The notes below the pieces were generated by a model. It had not been told where the DNA came from, ran no database searches, and saw nothing but the letters and a program-made list of their open reading frames with translations. This document shows positions 16,406 to 26,064 of a stretch of DNA of 63,785 bases, in pieces (within the stretch, counting starts at the first letter, position 1; each line of letters begins with the position of its first letter). The stretch lies in the IMG/VR virus record IMGVR_UViG_3300044675_006867. One strand, written 5' to 3'. The translations under genes were made by a program, and so were the position numbers. Source of the stretch: a virus.

Positions 16406-18285
16406 TACTTATCCCCCCAAATAGAATAGAAGCCTGTTTCCTCATCAAAGGAGGACTCAGCATTTTTTGACCAATATTTCATCAGCGTAGGGCTAGCTTC
16501 AATTGGACAATCCGGACAAAAGGCTTTCATAGCTTCAATCATAACCTCTTGCAAGCGTTTGGCGGCATCCTGTGCCTTGTTAATTGGTGCTTCCAGGATG
16601 ATTTCATCATGGATAAAGACAACAGGTCTGCAATCGTACAGGGGGGATTGAGAAACGCTGAAGCACTCTTTGGTCACCTTAAACAGAGCATTCTTTGCAC
16701 CATCGGAAGCAAGCCCTTGAAAAGGGGTATTGCATGCTTGGGTAAATGATACGTTTCCTCTTTTTCTAAGTGAAAAAGGTACCATAACAAAGCCCTGCTC
16801 AACGGCTATATTTGCTTGCTCTAGCCAATCCCACATGTCCCACGCGTCGAACCACTGGTTTTTTAATTTATTTGCTTCATCCAGTGTAAGCTCTAAGCCG
16901 TAGCCCTTAGCATAGCCTTGGAAGGATACAGCCCCCATACCCCCAGGAAATCCAAAATTACAAGCCTTAGCACGCTGTCTATTTTTCTTGATCTCTTTAT
17001 CCCCCGCTTTCTTTCGTTCCATGCCCTCATCATAGGTAATGCTCATCAGCTTACAAGCAAACCAGGTATGAGGATCAAAGCTAGAATCCTTTTGATACAT
17101 AGTCAAAAGGGGGCTTGCTTTACCTGTCATCGTATAGTGGCATTGTGCAAGCGTTCGTAGCTCTGCTGCATCATAATCACAAGCAATAAAAATATGTCCA
17201 GGGCTGGGAACAAAGCAATCGCGAATGCCTTCTTTTCTTGGTAGATTTTGTAGATTTGGTTCACGGCTACTTGTTCTACCTGTGCTTTGGAGAACCTCAT
17301 AGGAGCATCTCAACCGCCTATCCATAAGGGGATGCTCTACCATTTTAACGGCGTCTAAATAGGTGCTGAGGAGCTTGCTAGATTCCCTATATTCTAAGAG
17401 GTATAGGCAATTAGCATCCTGTGATTCCTCTAAGGCTTGCTTATCTGTGCTGATAGCCCCTGTTGTAGTCTTCTTTGTCGCTTCATTCCTTGATGCATAT
17501 GCACGCTCCAAGGCTCCTTGAATAGCTTGTTTATTCTCTTTACCATAGGCATCTAAGAAGCCACATGCTAATAAGGGCTTGCTAGCCTCAGCAACCAAGC
17601 CTTGTAGGCTTTTTTCTACCTCTAAGACCTTGCTAGCGTCTACACATATGCCTTGGCTACCAGTGAGCCTTAAAGCAAAATCTGATGCCACTTGGAAGGC
17701 ATGCCCTTTGATCTCATCTGGTTGTATTTGAGTCATTTGGCATGTGTACACAAGTAATGTGAACATGGCATCCTCACAGGCATATTTGATAGCTTCTGGG
17801 CTCCATTGGCTAACGGGTGTATCTCTAAGAGCACCATAATTATATCTGATAGCATCTGGGCTTTTCTTTGTGGCTTGGATATTAATATCAAAGTATTTGT
17901 AAACAAGCCCAGCCAATGAGAGCTTTGAGGCTCCATTATCATAAACCCCGCTACCATCGCCCCCATGGGCGATTTTGTGTATCTTCTCAATGATCTTTGT
18001 GTCATGAACCCTTGATGCCTCTAAGGCACTAAAGACATACTGATACAAGCTGGGGTAAATGTTACATAGTACCGTCAAATCAAAGGCGGCATTTTGCATG
18101 ATGATGATATTGTTTTCATCGGAAAATATATTGACAAGCCAAGCATATAAAGCAGCATCAAAGCCGCTTAGGAAGCTTTCAAGGCTTCCATTGTCATTCA
18201 TTATATAGCTGGTTAAGCATACGGGAGCAGGGACATTATTATCTCTGATTAAAAAGGTTTCTGTGTCTATTGCGATAAGCTTCAT
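16405..18285 (-). CDS. Family A DNA polymerase with 3'-5' exonuclease
   Basis: Exonuclease motifs IDTET, NAAFDL and YACEDA. Polymerase motif A is CDYDAAELRTLAQ, motif B is RQRAKACNFGFPGGMG, and motif C is FIHDEIILE. Confidence 0.9.
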   Translation of the reverse strand: MKLIAIDTETFLIRDNNVPAPVCLTSYIMNDNGSLESFLSGFDAALYAWLVNIFSDENNIIIMQNAAFDLTVLCNIYPSLYQYVFSALEASRVHDTKIIEKIHKIAHGGDGSGVYDNGASKLSLAGLVYKYFDINIQATKKSPDAIRYNYGALRDTPVSQWSPEAIKYACEDAMFTLLVYTCQMTQIQPDEIKGHAFQVASDFALRLTGSQGICVDASKVLEVEKSLQGLVAEASKPLLACGFLDAYGKENKQAIQGALERAYASRNEATKKTTTGAISTDKQALEESQDANCLYLLEYRESSKLLSTYLDAVKMVEHPLMDRRLRCSYEVLQSTGRTSSREPNLQNLPRKEGIRDCFVPSPGHIFIACDYDAAELRTLAQCHYTMTGKASPLLTMYQKDSSFDPHTWFACKLMSITYDEGMERKKAGDKEIKKNRQRAKACNFGFPGGMGAVSFQGYAKGYGLELTLDEANKLKNQWFDAWDMWDWLEQANIAVEQGFVMVPFSLRKRGNVSFTQACNTPFQGLASDGAKNALFKVTKECFSVSQSPLYDCRPVVFIHDEIILEAPINKAQDAAKRLQEVMIEAMKAFCPDCPIEASPTLMKYWSKNAESSFDEETGFYSIWGDK

Positions 18286-18325
18286 TTTTGTTTGAATCCT
18301 TGGTTGATGGGCAATATGGGATTCG

Positions 18326-18354
18326 ATTGTATTTAAATAATTTCACTTTGTCAA
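18326..18354 (-). promoter_or_regulatory. Early promoter, TTGACAAAGTG family (TTGACA-N17-TACAAT), upstream of the polymerase operon
   Basis: The minus strand reads TTGACAAAGTGAAATTATTTAAATACAAT. Confidence 0.75.
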
Positions 18355-18357
18355 ATA

Positions 18358-18900
18358 TTATACTAAATTTCTTGTGAATCCAAGGGCGCCAATAATGACG
18401 CCTTCCTCATTTCTATGTGGAATCACCTGTAAAAGGTCTACTCTATCAGGGCATGCACTTCTTACTAGTGCTGACACTATATAGTACACTCCCTCTTGAT
18501 AAGGGGGTAGACCCTCCACGGTTGAGCTAACTGGAGCTGTCTCAACCTTTACCTTTATTGTTCGTGATGGACTTAAAAAGATGAATGCTTCTTTGCTCTC
18601 ACTAGCGATTGGCGTGATCACTCTTGGAAGAATGCCGCTTGGTGGAATACTGTAAAATCGATTCATATCCTCGTCATACACGTTGACCGTGTGAGGAGTC
18701 GCGTTGATTGCCACTTGTGGCTTATCGCTGAGAACCTGTAGATTTTTTTCCTCTTTATCCGCGTATTTAAGGAGAAACAAGCCGTCCTCTCTTTCTGCGG
18801 TATCCTCAGAGAACGTATGATAGATTGCACGATTTGACAATTCTTTGTTGTCTTGAATAGCCTTGGCAATAGCCTCTTTGGCCTGGTTTAATAAGTCCAT
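18358..18900 (-). CDS. Hypothetical protein
   Basis: The ATG at 18900 has AAGGA upstream and lies downstream of the promoter at 18941-18969. The track's longer start would overlap that promoter. Confidence 0.7.
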   Translation of the reverse strand: MDLLNQAKEAIAKAIQDNKELSNRAIYHTFSEDTAEREDGLFLLKYADKEEKNLQVLSDKPQVAINATPHTVNVYDEDMNRFYSIPPSGILPRVITPIASESKEAFIFLSPSRTIKVKVETAPVSSTVEGLPPYQEGVYYIVSALVRSACPDRVDLLQVIPHRNEEGVIIGALGFTRNLV

Positions 18901-18940
18901 TTGTTTTATCCTTTTTGATGGGCTGTGAATGGTATACAAG

Positions 18941-18969
18941 TATATATAAATAATATTGCACTTTGTCAA
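18941..18969 (-). promoter_or_regulatory. Early promoter, TTGACAAAGTG family (TTGACA-N17-TATATA)
   Basis: The minus strand reads TTGACAAAGTGCAATATTATTTATATATA. Confidence 0.7.
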
Positions 18970-19195
18970 ATATTTTACACTATTCACAAAAAAATAGAGA
19001 TGAAGGATGACCGCTCCAAGGTGCTACGCGTTTCTGTTCAAATCAACTCTCTTTGCAACAATCGCAAGGAATATCGAGCGGTCAAGATATAAACAATTTG
19101 CTATGTAAAAAGCTTTCAAAGGATTTACGGGCGGACTGAGGAATCTAACCACAATGCAATATGCAAGGCATCAGCCACCGCCAAAAACAAGGCGT

Positions 19196-19222
19196 AAAAA
19201 AAGCCCAGCGTGAACCAGGCTT
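19196..19222 (-). terminator. Rho-independent terminator after the helicase-primase operon (possibly bidirectional)
   Basis: The minus-strand RNA reads AAGCCUGG-UUCACG-CUGGGCUU followed by U7. A second hairpin, GAACCAT/ATGGTTC, sits at 19244-19268. Confidence 0.6.
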
Positions 19223-19325
19223 GTTTTTACTTCCCATCAACCAGAACCATCAAGGATAAAAATGGTTCAAGCTTGTTTAAAAGATACCATATTTCTATGG
19301 TTTGTCAATACCTTTTTAAAAATTT

Positions 19326-19838
19326 TTAAAAGGGCACATTATTTTCATTGCTGCTAGATGAACCATCAAAGCTTTGATTTGCATAGTGCAACCAGTGTGT
19401 TTCCAAGAAGGCTTTTTCATTCTTTGATGTCTTAGACACTACCCTACAGCGGACAAGATAGGGGACTAGGGCACTTGATGAACCACCAGTTACAGCACTC
19501 ATTACCACATTATTATCTACTTGATTCGCATACTCAGGGGGAAGCACTGCACACACAAAGGATTTCAAGGCTTTTAAATTGCCTTCTTTTTTCCATACAG
19601 GGCAACCGCTCAGCTGATAAAAATGCTTTACCTGTGTATTTACGGGCATAGAATCAGATTCGATAACTTCACCCTCGATTAAAATGTAGTCATTTCCATT
19701 ACTCTTAGAGCTGATACCATCAATGCTTTGTAGCTTAATGATATGTGTACCTTCTGCGATGTTGTCGCGGTGCATCATTGCTTGTGCGCTTTGTGCAATT
19801 TGCTGTGCATATTTGCTTATGTCAAATGTCATTGTCAT
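19326..19838 (-). CDS. Hypothetical protein; possible ssDNA-binding protein
   Basis: 170 aa, last gene of the replication operon. The Ser/Asn-rich C-terminal tail ends ...NENNVPF, reminiscent of the SSB tip DDDIPF. This is weak evidence. Confidence 0.25.
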   Translation of the reverse strand: MTMTFDISKYAQQIAQSAQAMMHRDNIAEGTHIIKLQSIDGISSKSNGNDYILIEGEVIESDSMPVNTQVKHFYQLSGCPVWKKEGNLKALKSFVCAVLPPEYANQVDNNVVMSAVTGGSSSALVPYLVRCRVVSKTSKNEKAFLETHWLHYANQSFDGSSSSNENNVPF

Positions 19839-19881
19839 TTTCCTATGTGAAAAAGAAATACTAGGTTATCTAGTGCATTCA

Positions 19882-19910
19882 TGTATAAAACAATCTAAGC
19901 ACTTTGTTTC
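19882..19910 (-). promoter_or_regulatory. Weaker promoter of the same family (GAAACAAAGTG-N-TATACA)
   Basis: The minus strand reads GAAACAAAGTGCTTAGATTGTTTTATACA, which keeps the AAGTG element and the 17-nt spacing. Confidence 0.4.
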
Positions 19911-19921
19911 TTTCATCCATA

Positions 19922-21553
19922 TCAAATTTTTGTTGAATAAATTAATCTTTGATTTTGTCCAGTGGTATCAATGATATATTGTGCATCCTTTAGCGCCTTA
20001 TAAAAAGCCTTGCCAAAGATACCGCTTGCGATTGTGTGAAAGTGGACTTCATCTGCATTTTGTCCAGGTCTATGAGTCCTAGCCAATAGCTGTTCCCATG
20101 TGCTAGGATGTGCAAGGGGATGAACAAGAAATTGATTGCTCCAGGCTTGTAAATTCTTTCCTGTCCCGTGTGCTGATAAGGACATTATGCAATTATGGGC
20201 TTGGTGCTTGTTTGCTTCAAGTCTTTGTGCATCTGTATCACCAGCCCCATAATATGGGATACCTAGTATTTCTTGCATTTTTCTTGCTAGTGCTGAATGC
20301 TGCACCCAAATAATTGCTGGTGCATCCTGTTTACCTAGCCAATCCTTAACATATTGTACTAAGTAATCAGAAAGCCAAAGCTCCTTCGTAAGCGGGGGTT
20401 CGATATCCTTGAAGGCTTGCCAATGCTCCCATGCCTCCTTTAGAGGCTTAGGCGCTTTATCACCTTGGGCATATTGTGAAATCAAAGAGATCGAGTCAAA
20501 TTGCCCGCTTTCTAGGATACTAAAAGCCTTTCGATTCCAAGCCCTTTTAGCCTCAATCCAATCTTGATTGACTTGGCGCCCTTGCCAATCCCAGGTATAA
20601 ATAAAACCGCAAGCAATTTGCCCCCATACTCTCAAAATAAATGAGTCCTTGGGGCTCCAAAGAGCACTTGAATCTAATAGGGATGTGAGCATAGCTTCAT
20701 CAAGGATTTCACTTGTAGCGCTGATAATATCCCCTGTTTGCATAGCGTAATTGATTGCTTGCTTTAGCTCCTTTGGTATATCTACCTTGTGCTTATGAAT
20801 TACTAGTGACGCCCCCACCTCTTGCGATTTAGTAATAACAATGCCCTTTGATTTTCTAAGCCGAATATGAAGCTTTTCCTTGCTAGGTACTCCATCAAAG
20901 ATACTATGTACCCTTTTAGAGGGAACATTCTCCTCTATGCTCAAAGCCCATTCTTGAACAATGCTTGCAAGCCTTGGAAGTGGTGAATATACCTTTAAAG
21001 CCCATGCGCTCAAATGTGCATAATCCTCAAGGCTTCTAGCGCAAAGGGTGCCACTTAGTGCACAAAAATGAACGGCTGGATTATTGACTAGGTATTTATC
21101 AAGTCGTCTAACGCGTGCACTCTTCTTGTTTCTAAGTGAATGGGCTTCATCACAAATAATCAAATCCGGCTCATATTCATCCAGCTCATCAATTCTTTTA
21201 GGTGAGCTCAATGTTTCATAGGAGAGTACCTTCATAGGTGCCAAGCTCCAATGAAGACCATAAGAAGCCCTATCGGCTAGGTGCTGAGGGATCATAAATG
21301 CAGGTAGAAGCAATAGGGGCTTTTTTGCTCTTAGCACAGAGGGCAACAAAAGAGATACAAGCGTTTTACCTTCACCACAGGCAACAAAGCCTAATAAGCC
21401 CTTTCGTTCTATTGCTTGCCAAAGCATTTCATTTTGAATAGGTCTCAATGCTTGCTTCCCATGCTGCAGCCTTAGCCACTTAGTCAAATCCTCATTCTTT
21501 TCAATTTTATCTAAAGGGACTTCTTTTAGCCTTTCCCATTCTAGCTTTTCCAT
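19922..21553 (-). CDS. SNF2/DEAH-family helicase
   Basis: Motif I is ACGEGKTLV, motif II is IICDEAHSLRN, and motif VI is LLARTHRPGQ. The ATG at 21553 follows the upstream stop (TAAAATG); the track start at 21574 is TTG. Confidence 0.85.
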   Translation of the reverse strand: MEKLEWERLKEVPLDKIEKNEDLTKWLRLQHGKQALRPIQNEMLWQAIERKGLLGFVACGEGKTLVSLLLPSVLRAKKPLLLLPAFMIPQHLADRASYGLHWSLAPMKVLSYETLSSPKRIDELDEYEPDLIICDEAHSLRNKKSARVRRLDKYLVNNPAVHFCALSGTLCARSLEDYAHLSAWALKVYSPLPRLASIVQEWALSIEENVPSKRVHSIFDGVPSKEKLHIRLRKSKGIVITKSQEVGASLVIHKHKVDIPKELKQAINYAMQTGDIISATSEILDEAMLTSLLDSSALWSPKDSFILRVWGQIACGFIYTWDWQGRQVNQDWIEAKRAWNRKAFSILESGQFDSISLISQYAQGDKAPKPLKEAWEHWQAFKDIEPPLTKELWLSDYLVQYVKDWLGKQDAPAIIWVQHSALARKMQEILGIPYYGAGDTDAQRLEANKHQAHNCIMSLSAHGTGKNLQAWSNQFLVHPLAHPSTWEQLLARTHRPGQNADEVHFHTIASGIFGKAFYKALKDAQYIIDTTGQNQRLIYSTKI

Positions 21554-21554
21554 T

Positions 21555-22688
21555 TTATGAGCGTCTGATAACAATATCAGCTAGGGCAATAAGCATTGAG
21601 CCAACCCGTGTATACTCATCAGACATAGGATCAATATAAATACTTGGATGACTTGGAGGCCAACCATGATCATTTAAAAACGCTTGGAAGGCATTCCAGC
21701 CCTTCCCATAGTCCACTTGTGACAAATGGGATACATTTAAGCCCCTGCAAATTGCTTTAATAGGTTCGCCAAAGGCTTCATAAAAGGTAATGGGCTGACT
21801 AGCTCCTTTTTGTGGTAAACAACCAACATATAAAAATTTCATGATGGGCTTCTCTTGCACTGGTTGGACAGGTGCTTGTGTAATAGGTGCTTGTGTAATA
21901 GGTGCTTGTGCACCAGGGGCAATTAAGCCTAGCTTCTTTGTAAATGTCATGTTTTCCTCTGATGGGCTGAGGGTTGCTTGTTCTTGTTTATAAGCCTTCA
22001 AGGAAATACAAGTATCATGATAGGGGCAACCGCCAAATTTAGCACAGCTTTCAAGATTCCTTGGTATTTCTTTTATGTCCTTTGTAGCATTTTCTTTCAT
22101 TTTGTCAATTGTTTTGCTGATATCCTCAAAGGCTATTTCGCATTGCTCTCTTGATACCTGTACAGATACCTTATCAGCCCAAAACGGCGCTTTAGTTCCA
22201 TAGTACACATGCACAAGCTCAACGCTATCCACCGCTATGTTTTCAAATACCGCTTTGGCATATACCAGCATTTGGATATCAAAGCTCAGCTCTAAAGCTG
22301 TTTTCATGTACTTTTTAGAAGAGGTTGTCTTATGATCTAGGATTCTTACATATCCATCTCCACGCTCTAAAATGTCAATATAGCCAACCAGTGGAACACT
22401 TAGATTTCTAATTGGCAAATGCTCATGCACGGCAATTTCAATTGAAAGGCTGCAGCTTGGTTCAGGTAAAAACGGAATACCTTTTTTGGCTAGATTTCCT
22501 AGCTCACTATTTGGGATTTCTATTTGATCCTTTAGATAGTCCTCAATGATCCTATGAAGCTCCTTGCCCTTTTCCGTTGCTTGTGTGCTAGGTGATGGAA
22601 GCCCAACAATTTTTTGATAGTACCATTTCCTTTGACAATCCTTAAACGTTTTTATTTGTGATGCGCTCACATGCTCCAGCTTATTCAT
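21555..22688 (-). CDS. Cas4/RecB-like PD-(D/E)xK exonuclease with a four-Cys cluster plus an uncharacterised C-terminal domain
   Basis: SASQIKTFKDCQRKWYY, GYIDILE...ILDHKT and CAKFGGCPYHDTC. An APITQAPITQAP linker then leads into a ~110-aa extra domain. Confidence 0.75.
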   Translation of the reverse strand: MNKLEHVSASQIKTFKDCQRKWYYQKIVGLPSPSTQATEKGKELHRIIEDYLKDQIEIPNSELGNLAKKGIPFLPEPSCSLSIEIAVHEHLPIRNLSVPLVGYIDILERGDGYVRILDHKTTSSKKYMKTALELSFDIQMLVYAKAVFENIAVDSVELVHVYYGTKAPFWADKVSVQVSREQCEIAFEDISKTIDKMKENATKDIKEIPRNLESCAKFGGCPYHDTCISLKAYKQEQATLSPSEENMTFTKKLGLIAPGAQAPITQAPITQAPVQPVQEKPIMKFLYVGCLPQKGASQPITFYEAFGEPIKAICRGLNVSHLSQVDYGKGWNAFQAFLNDHGWPPSHPSIYIDPMSDEYTRVGSMLIALADIVIRRS

Positions 22689-22689
22689 G

Positions 22690-25600
22690 CTATGCCTTGG
22701 TAATATTCTTTATTTGTGCCTTGGCTTCTCTTTGCTCTGGAGTTGTAGCCCTTGCTAATGCATCTTGTATAGACGATACATTTAAAGCACTCTTTAGCAT
22801 GTCATATGCACCAACAGTGGTTTTGGTGCCCTGCATGGTTTGCCCGCCAATAGGTTGACCTAGTTCATTATTTTCTAGATATGTCTCAATAGAAATTCTT
22901 GTTTTAGGTGCATATTGTGGCCAAGAGGCATCATCATATCCACCGCGGGAATTTATCTTTTCTTCAATTGCGTTTGGCTTTGCTTTGATCTGTTGCTTTG
23001 ATATACCAAAGTGTCTAATTGCTTCTCCTACACTTGATGAGCTCCAAGGCTTACCAGCGCTTTTAAAACGCTCCTTAGTGAGGATATCCGCGATGTCCTT
23101 TTGAGTCCTGCCAACACAAAGTAAATCATAAATCCTTGTTTTCAAGGCTGGGGTATAAATAGATGTATCCTCAGTAAATAGGGATTTCTCCTCTATTTTA
23201 ACAAAAGGCTTTGCTATAGGCTCCGTAATATTGACGAGCTCCAAGTCATATTCACAAGAAACTCTATCACGCAAGCACATTTTGCCCTCAGTCAAGAATG
23301 TACATGTCCCATTATCACCCATTGTACCACAGCTTAACCAATCAGCGTTAAATGCCTTTGCCTGTGGTGCTGGTGTGCTTGGGGCTGGTGTGCTTGGGGC
23401 TGGTGTGCTTGGGGCTGGAGTGCTTGGGGCTGGTGTGCTTGGGGCTGTGATCAATGGGGGCTTTGCTTCTGTTTTTACAAGCCTATATATTTTCTTGTTT
23501 GTACGATCAATGGTAACGGTAAACTTTACGCCTTGGACAATTTTATCCTTGTATTTGATAAGCTTTCTCCCAAGGTTAATCACATTAAAGCTACCGATAC
23601 CACCAAATAGGAGATCATAGATGCTTTGTAAATGCTCGTCTTTATCAGTCTTAGCTCTAAAGGCTTCACATAAATCATTGCCCAACCAGCCACCTTCTCC
23701 CTTTTGGGCTTCAAAAGCATTTTGAAATGTCAAAAGAGAGGTAAACAACGAGGCTACTTCGTCAACATCTCGGCTGATTGTTTCTTGCTTGCTGAGCTCT
23801 ACAATGTCAAATTGTGGAAGCTCTAGCAATGCACCAATCCAAGAAATGGGCTTTTGCACCCAGTCCCCCCATATTTCATATGAACCAAAAGCCTTAATCG
23901 CATTCTTAACATTATCCTTGTTGGCATATTCTAAATATGCACGCTGAATAGTCAGCATATCGCGCCAAATTTCCCCCACTCTATCCGCGCAATATTGCTC
24001 AATATTATCATGCTTAAAATCCCTGCGTTCGCTTGGATCATCTAGCTCTGTAACGAGTCTCACTGTAATAGTTCTTCTATGTGTATCCCCCTTTAGAATC
24101 GCATTATTTCCAGTACCTGCAAAAAAAGTTCGAATCTTGATTGGACTTTGTCCAGTGGTGCCTAAACGGCGCAATGATAGCACGTTACTAGTCAAGATAG
24201 CATCCATATGCCCACCGCCAAAAAGGCTACTGATATTATCAAAAAGAACATAGTCATCTCCTTGAAATATCGCACCATTGATCATCTTCTCTAGCTCTTC
24301 TTCCTTGTTTGGAATTGGCATTAAATTAATACCTGTTAAGCCTGTCACGCCCGCTAAAATAGAGCTTAATAATCTAGTTTTACCAGCACCAGGGGCATTG
24401 GCTGAAACAAGATACATTGGTGCAGAGGCTTCTATTTTCTTTCTAAAGGCCGCAGTGAACATACATGACAAAGCAACAAGCTTATGTGATTCACTAGCAA
24501 AAGGGAAGTCTACAAATAAATCAAGAAGTCTTCTAGCTGCAGCCTTAGCCTCCTCAATGCTATTTGGGATATTCCTTAAGCTTGCCAAATTAAAATTTTT
24601 GCTTGGTGTAAAATAGACGCCTTGGGACTCACAGAAGCCCCTTGCTTCTAAAAGCGGTTCAAAGGCTTCATTGATTGGTGGTAAAGATGAAATCGAATTC
24701 AGCAAGGGCAATAGGTCGCGGATGCTTGTTAAGTGTCGATTGATTATCTTATCCACTGATAAGATCATATAATTTTTTACCCAGCCCCCATCCTTGCCCA
24801 TTGTCTGCTTATACCAGCGGGACTTATGATCTAGGAAGCTTGCGATTTCCTCCTTTGAAACGCTAACAATACGATACTGCTCTACAGCGATATCATAGAT
24901 AACGCGCACAATCCCAGTACCCCTTTTAAAGAAGGGCTGATCTTTTTCCGATCTTAATACGGTTGCTATGTTTTCACATAGCTCTTGTGCGTTGATCTCA
25001 TCTAATAGGAACTCAAAGCTCTCAGACACATTTTTATCAAAAAGCTCAGGAAATTTATTTTTGAGTGCATTGGGCTTCTTTCGTTCATCCTTGCAAGAAG
25101 CATGCTTACAATCGAACACATAGCCACCATTACCATCAGCAAAAAGAACGCTTGCTGTGCTCTTTGGATCAACGGAGCTATGCAAGCTAGCCCAAGGACA
25201 AATAACGCGGTGCATGGACTCTTCGTTGTATTTCTTGTTGATCTCTTCTACATATAGATCAGCTTCCTTGAATACCTGTACAAGCCCCTTATAGCCCTTA
25301 CTATTTGTTGTCTTAGCATGATATGCACTTGTGCTATAAAAGAGATCATCATAATCAATTTTAAAGGTGCTTAAGGTGCCTGGAATCCAAAACAAAGAGC
25401 TTAGCGTCTCACCATCTCTAATCACGTTAGGAGCCCTAAAGGTTTTTACAGCATCTGTACAGGCAACATCAAAGACTCCGAGATCGGTTTTTGGAAGCTG
25501 TTTAAGCATGTATTCATAGATAAAAGTCCAATCTCTACCGTGGTATTCCTTCTTGAGTGAGTATCTGTTTTCTAAGGGAATGATGCCCCTTAATCCGTGC

Positions 25601-26064
25601 TTTGTTTTATAGAATACACAATTAGCCAAAATAGCATTTTCTCTAAATGTGATCACTGCTGCCTTGAAATCCTCATCACTCCAAGCCCATTTTTGCCCGT
25701 CCTTCTTAGCGTCAAAGTCAATAAAAAGACAATCCACAAAGCAGTCGTACTTTGATACGAGCTCAATTGATACTCTCCATGTTTCTTGCCCTTCTTGAAT
25801 CACGCTTGGAATAAAAACGGGCTGTAGCTGTGCATCAGTGTCAAAGGCATGACAAAGAATCTGAGGAATGCTTGCCAAATAGCATTTACGCTTGGCGCTT
25901 TGATTAAATTGTCCAGCCTTAATCTTTAGATCGGGCATGATCACCGCTTGGCATTCTCTACCAAATAATTTGTTTAACGCGGTAATTTCTGGGGCATCGG
26001 TAAAATACCCGTTTGCTTGTGCTGGGGTAGTCTTAGCCCCCTTGAATAAATCTTGTAAGCCCAT
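22690..26064 (-). CDS. Primase-polymerase / SF3-type helicase fusion with a C-terminal HTH domain
   Basis: AEP-like FIDFDAKK, Zn motif CPWASLHS...CKHASC, Walker A NAPGAGKTRL and Walker B YVLFDNIS. A (PAPST)x5 linker follows. The C-terminal segment TQKDIADILTKERFKSAGKPWSSSSV is recombinase-type HTH-like. Confidence 0.8.
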   Translation of the reverse strand: MGLQDLFKGAKTTPAQANGYFTDAPEITALNKLFGRECQAVIMPDLKIKAGQFNQSAKRKCYLASIPQILCHAFDTDAQLQPVFIPSVIQEGQETWRVSIELVSKYDCFVDCLFIDFDAKKDGQKWAWSDEDFKAAVITFRENAILANCVFYKTKHGLRGIIPLENRYSLKKEYHGRDWTFIYEYMLKQLPKTDLGVFDVACTDAVKTFRAPNVIRDGETLSSLFWIPGTLSTFKIDYDDLFYSTSAYHAKTTNSKGYKGLVQVFKEADLYVEEINKKYNEESMHRVICPWASLHSSVDPKSTASVLFADGNGGYVFDCKHASCKDERKKPNALKNKFPELFDKNVSESFEFLLDEINAQELCENIATVLRSEKDQPFFKRGTGIVRVIYDIAVEQYRIVSVSKEEIASFLDHKSRWYKQTMGKDGGWVKNYMILSVDKIINRHLTSIRDLLPLLNSISSLPPINEAFEPLLEARGFCESQGVYFTPSKNFNLASLRNIPNSIEEAKAAARRLLDLFVDFPFASESHKLVALSCMFTAAFRKKIEASAPMYLVSANAPGAGKTRLLSSILAGVTGLTGINLMPIPNKEEELEKMINGAIFQGDDYVLFDNISSLFGGGHMDAILTSNVLSLRRLGTTGQSPIKIRTFFAGTGNNAILKGDTHRRTITVRLVTELDDPSERRDFKHDNIEQYCADRVGEIWRDMLTIQRAYLEYANKDNVKNAIKAFGSYEIWGDWVQKPISWIGALLELPQFDIVELSKQETISRDVDEVASLFTSLLTFQNAFEAQKGEGGWLGNDLCEAFRAKTDKDEHLQSIYDLLFGGIGSFNVINLGRKLIKYKDKIVQGVKFTVTIDRTNKKIYRLVKTEAKPPLITAPSTPAPSTPAPSTPAPSTPAPSTPAPQAKAFNADWLSCGTMGDNGTCTFLTEGKMCLRDRVSCEYDLELVNITEPIAKPFVKIEEKSLFTEDTSIYTPALKTRIYDLLCVGRTQKDIADILTKERFKSAGKPWSSSSVGEAIRHFGISKQQIKAKPNAIEEKINSRGGYDDASWPQYAPKTRISIETYLENNELGQPIGGQTMQGTKTTVGAYDMLKSALNVSSIQDALARATTPEQREAKAQIKNITKA
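23371..23445. repeat. Five tandem copies of a 15-nt unit (TGGTGTGCTTGGGGC), coding for the PAPST linker of the primase-helicase
   Basis: Read directly. One unit has a single substitution. Confidence 0.9.

Noticed and set aside
19009-19083. A 75-nt segment closed by an 8-bp stem and containing GTTCAAATC looked like a possible tRNA.
   Set aside because: On neither strand can a cloverleaf be drawn. The TTCAAAT sequence is not positioned next to the 3' acceptor strand, and there is no D-arm or 7-nt anticodon loop with U33. It is kept only as an unexplained inverted repeat.
19290-19320. A TTGACA-containing sequence on the minus strand (GGTATTGACAAACCATAGAAATATGGTATCTT) as another promoter.
   Set aside because: It lacks the AAGTG element, sits just past (and partly overlapping) the stop of gene 19326..19838, and is followed directly by terminator hairpins with no downstream gene. 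At best it would make a very short RNA, and the evidence is insufficient.
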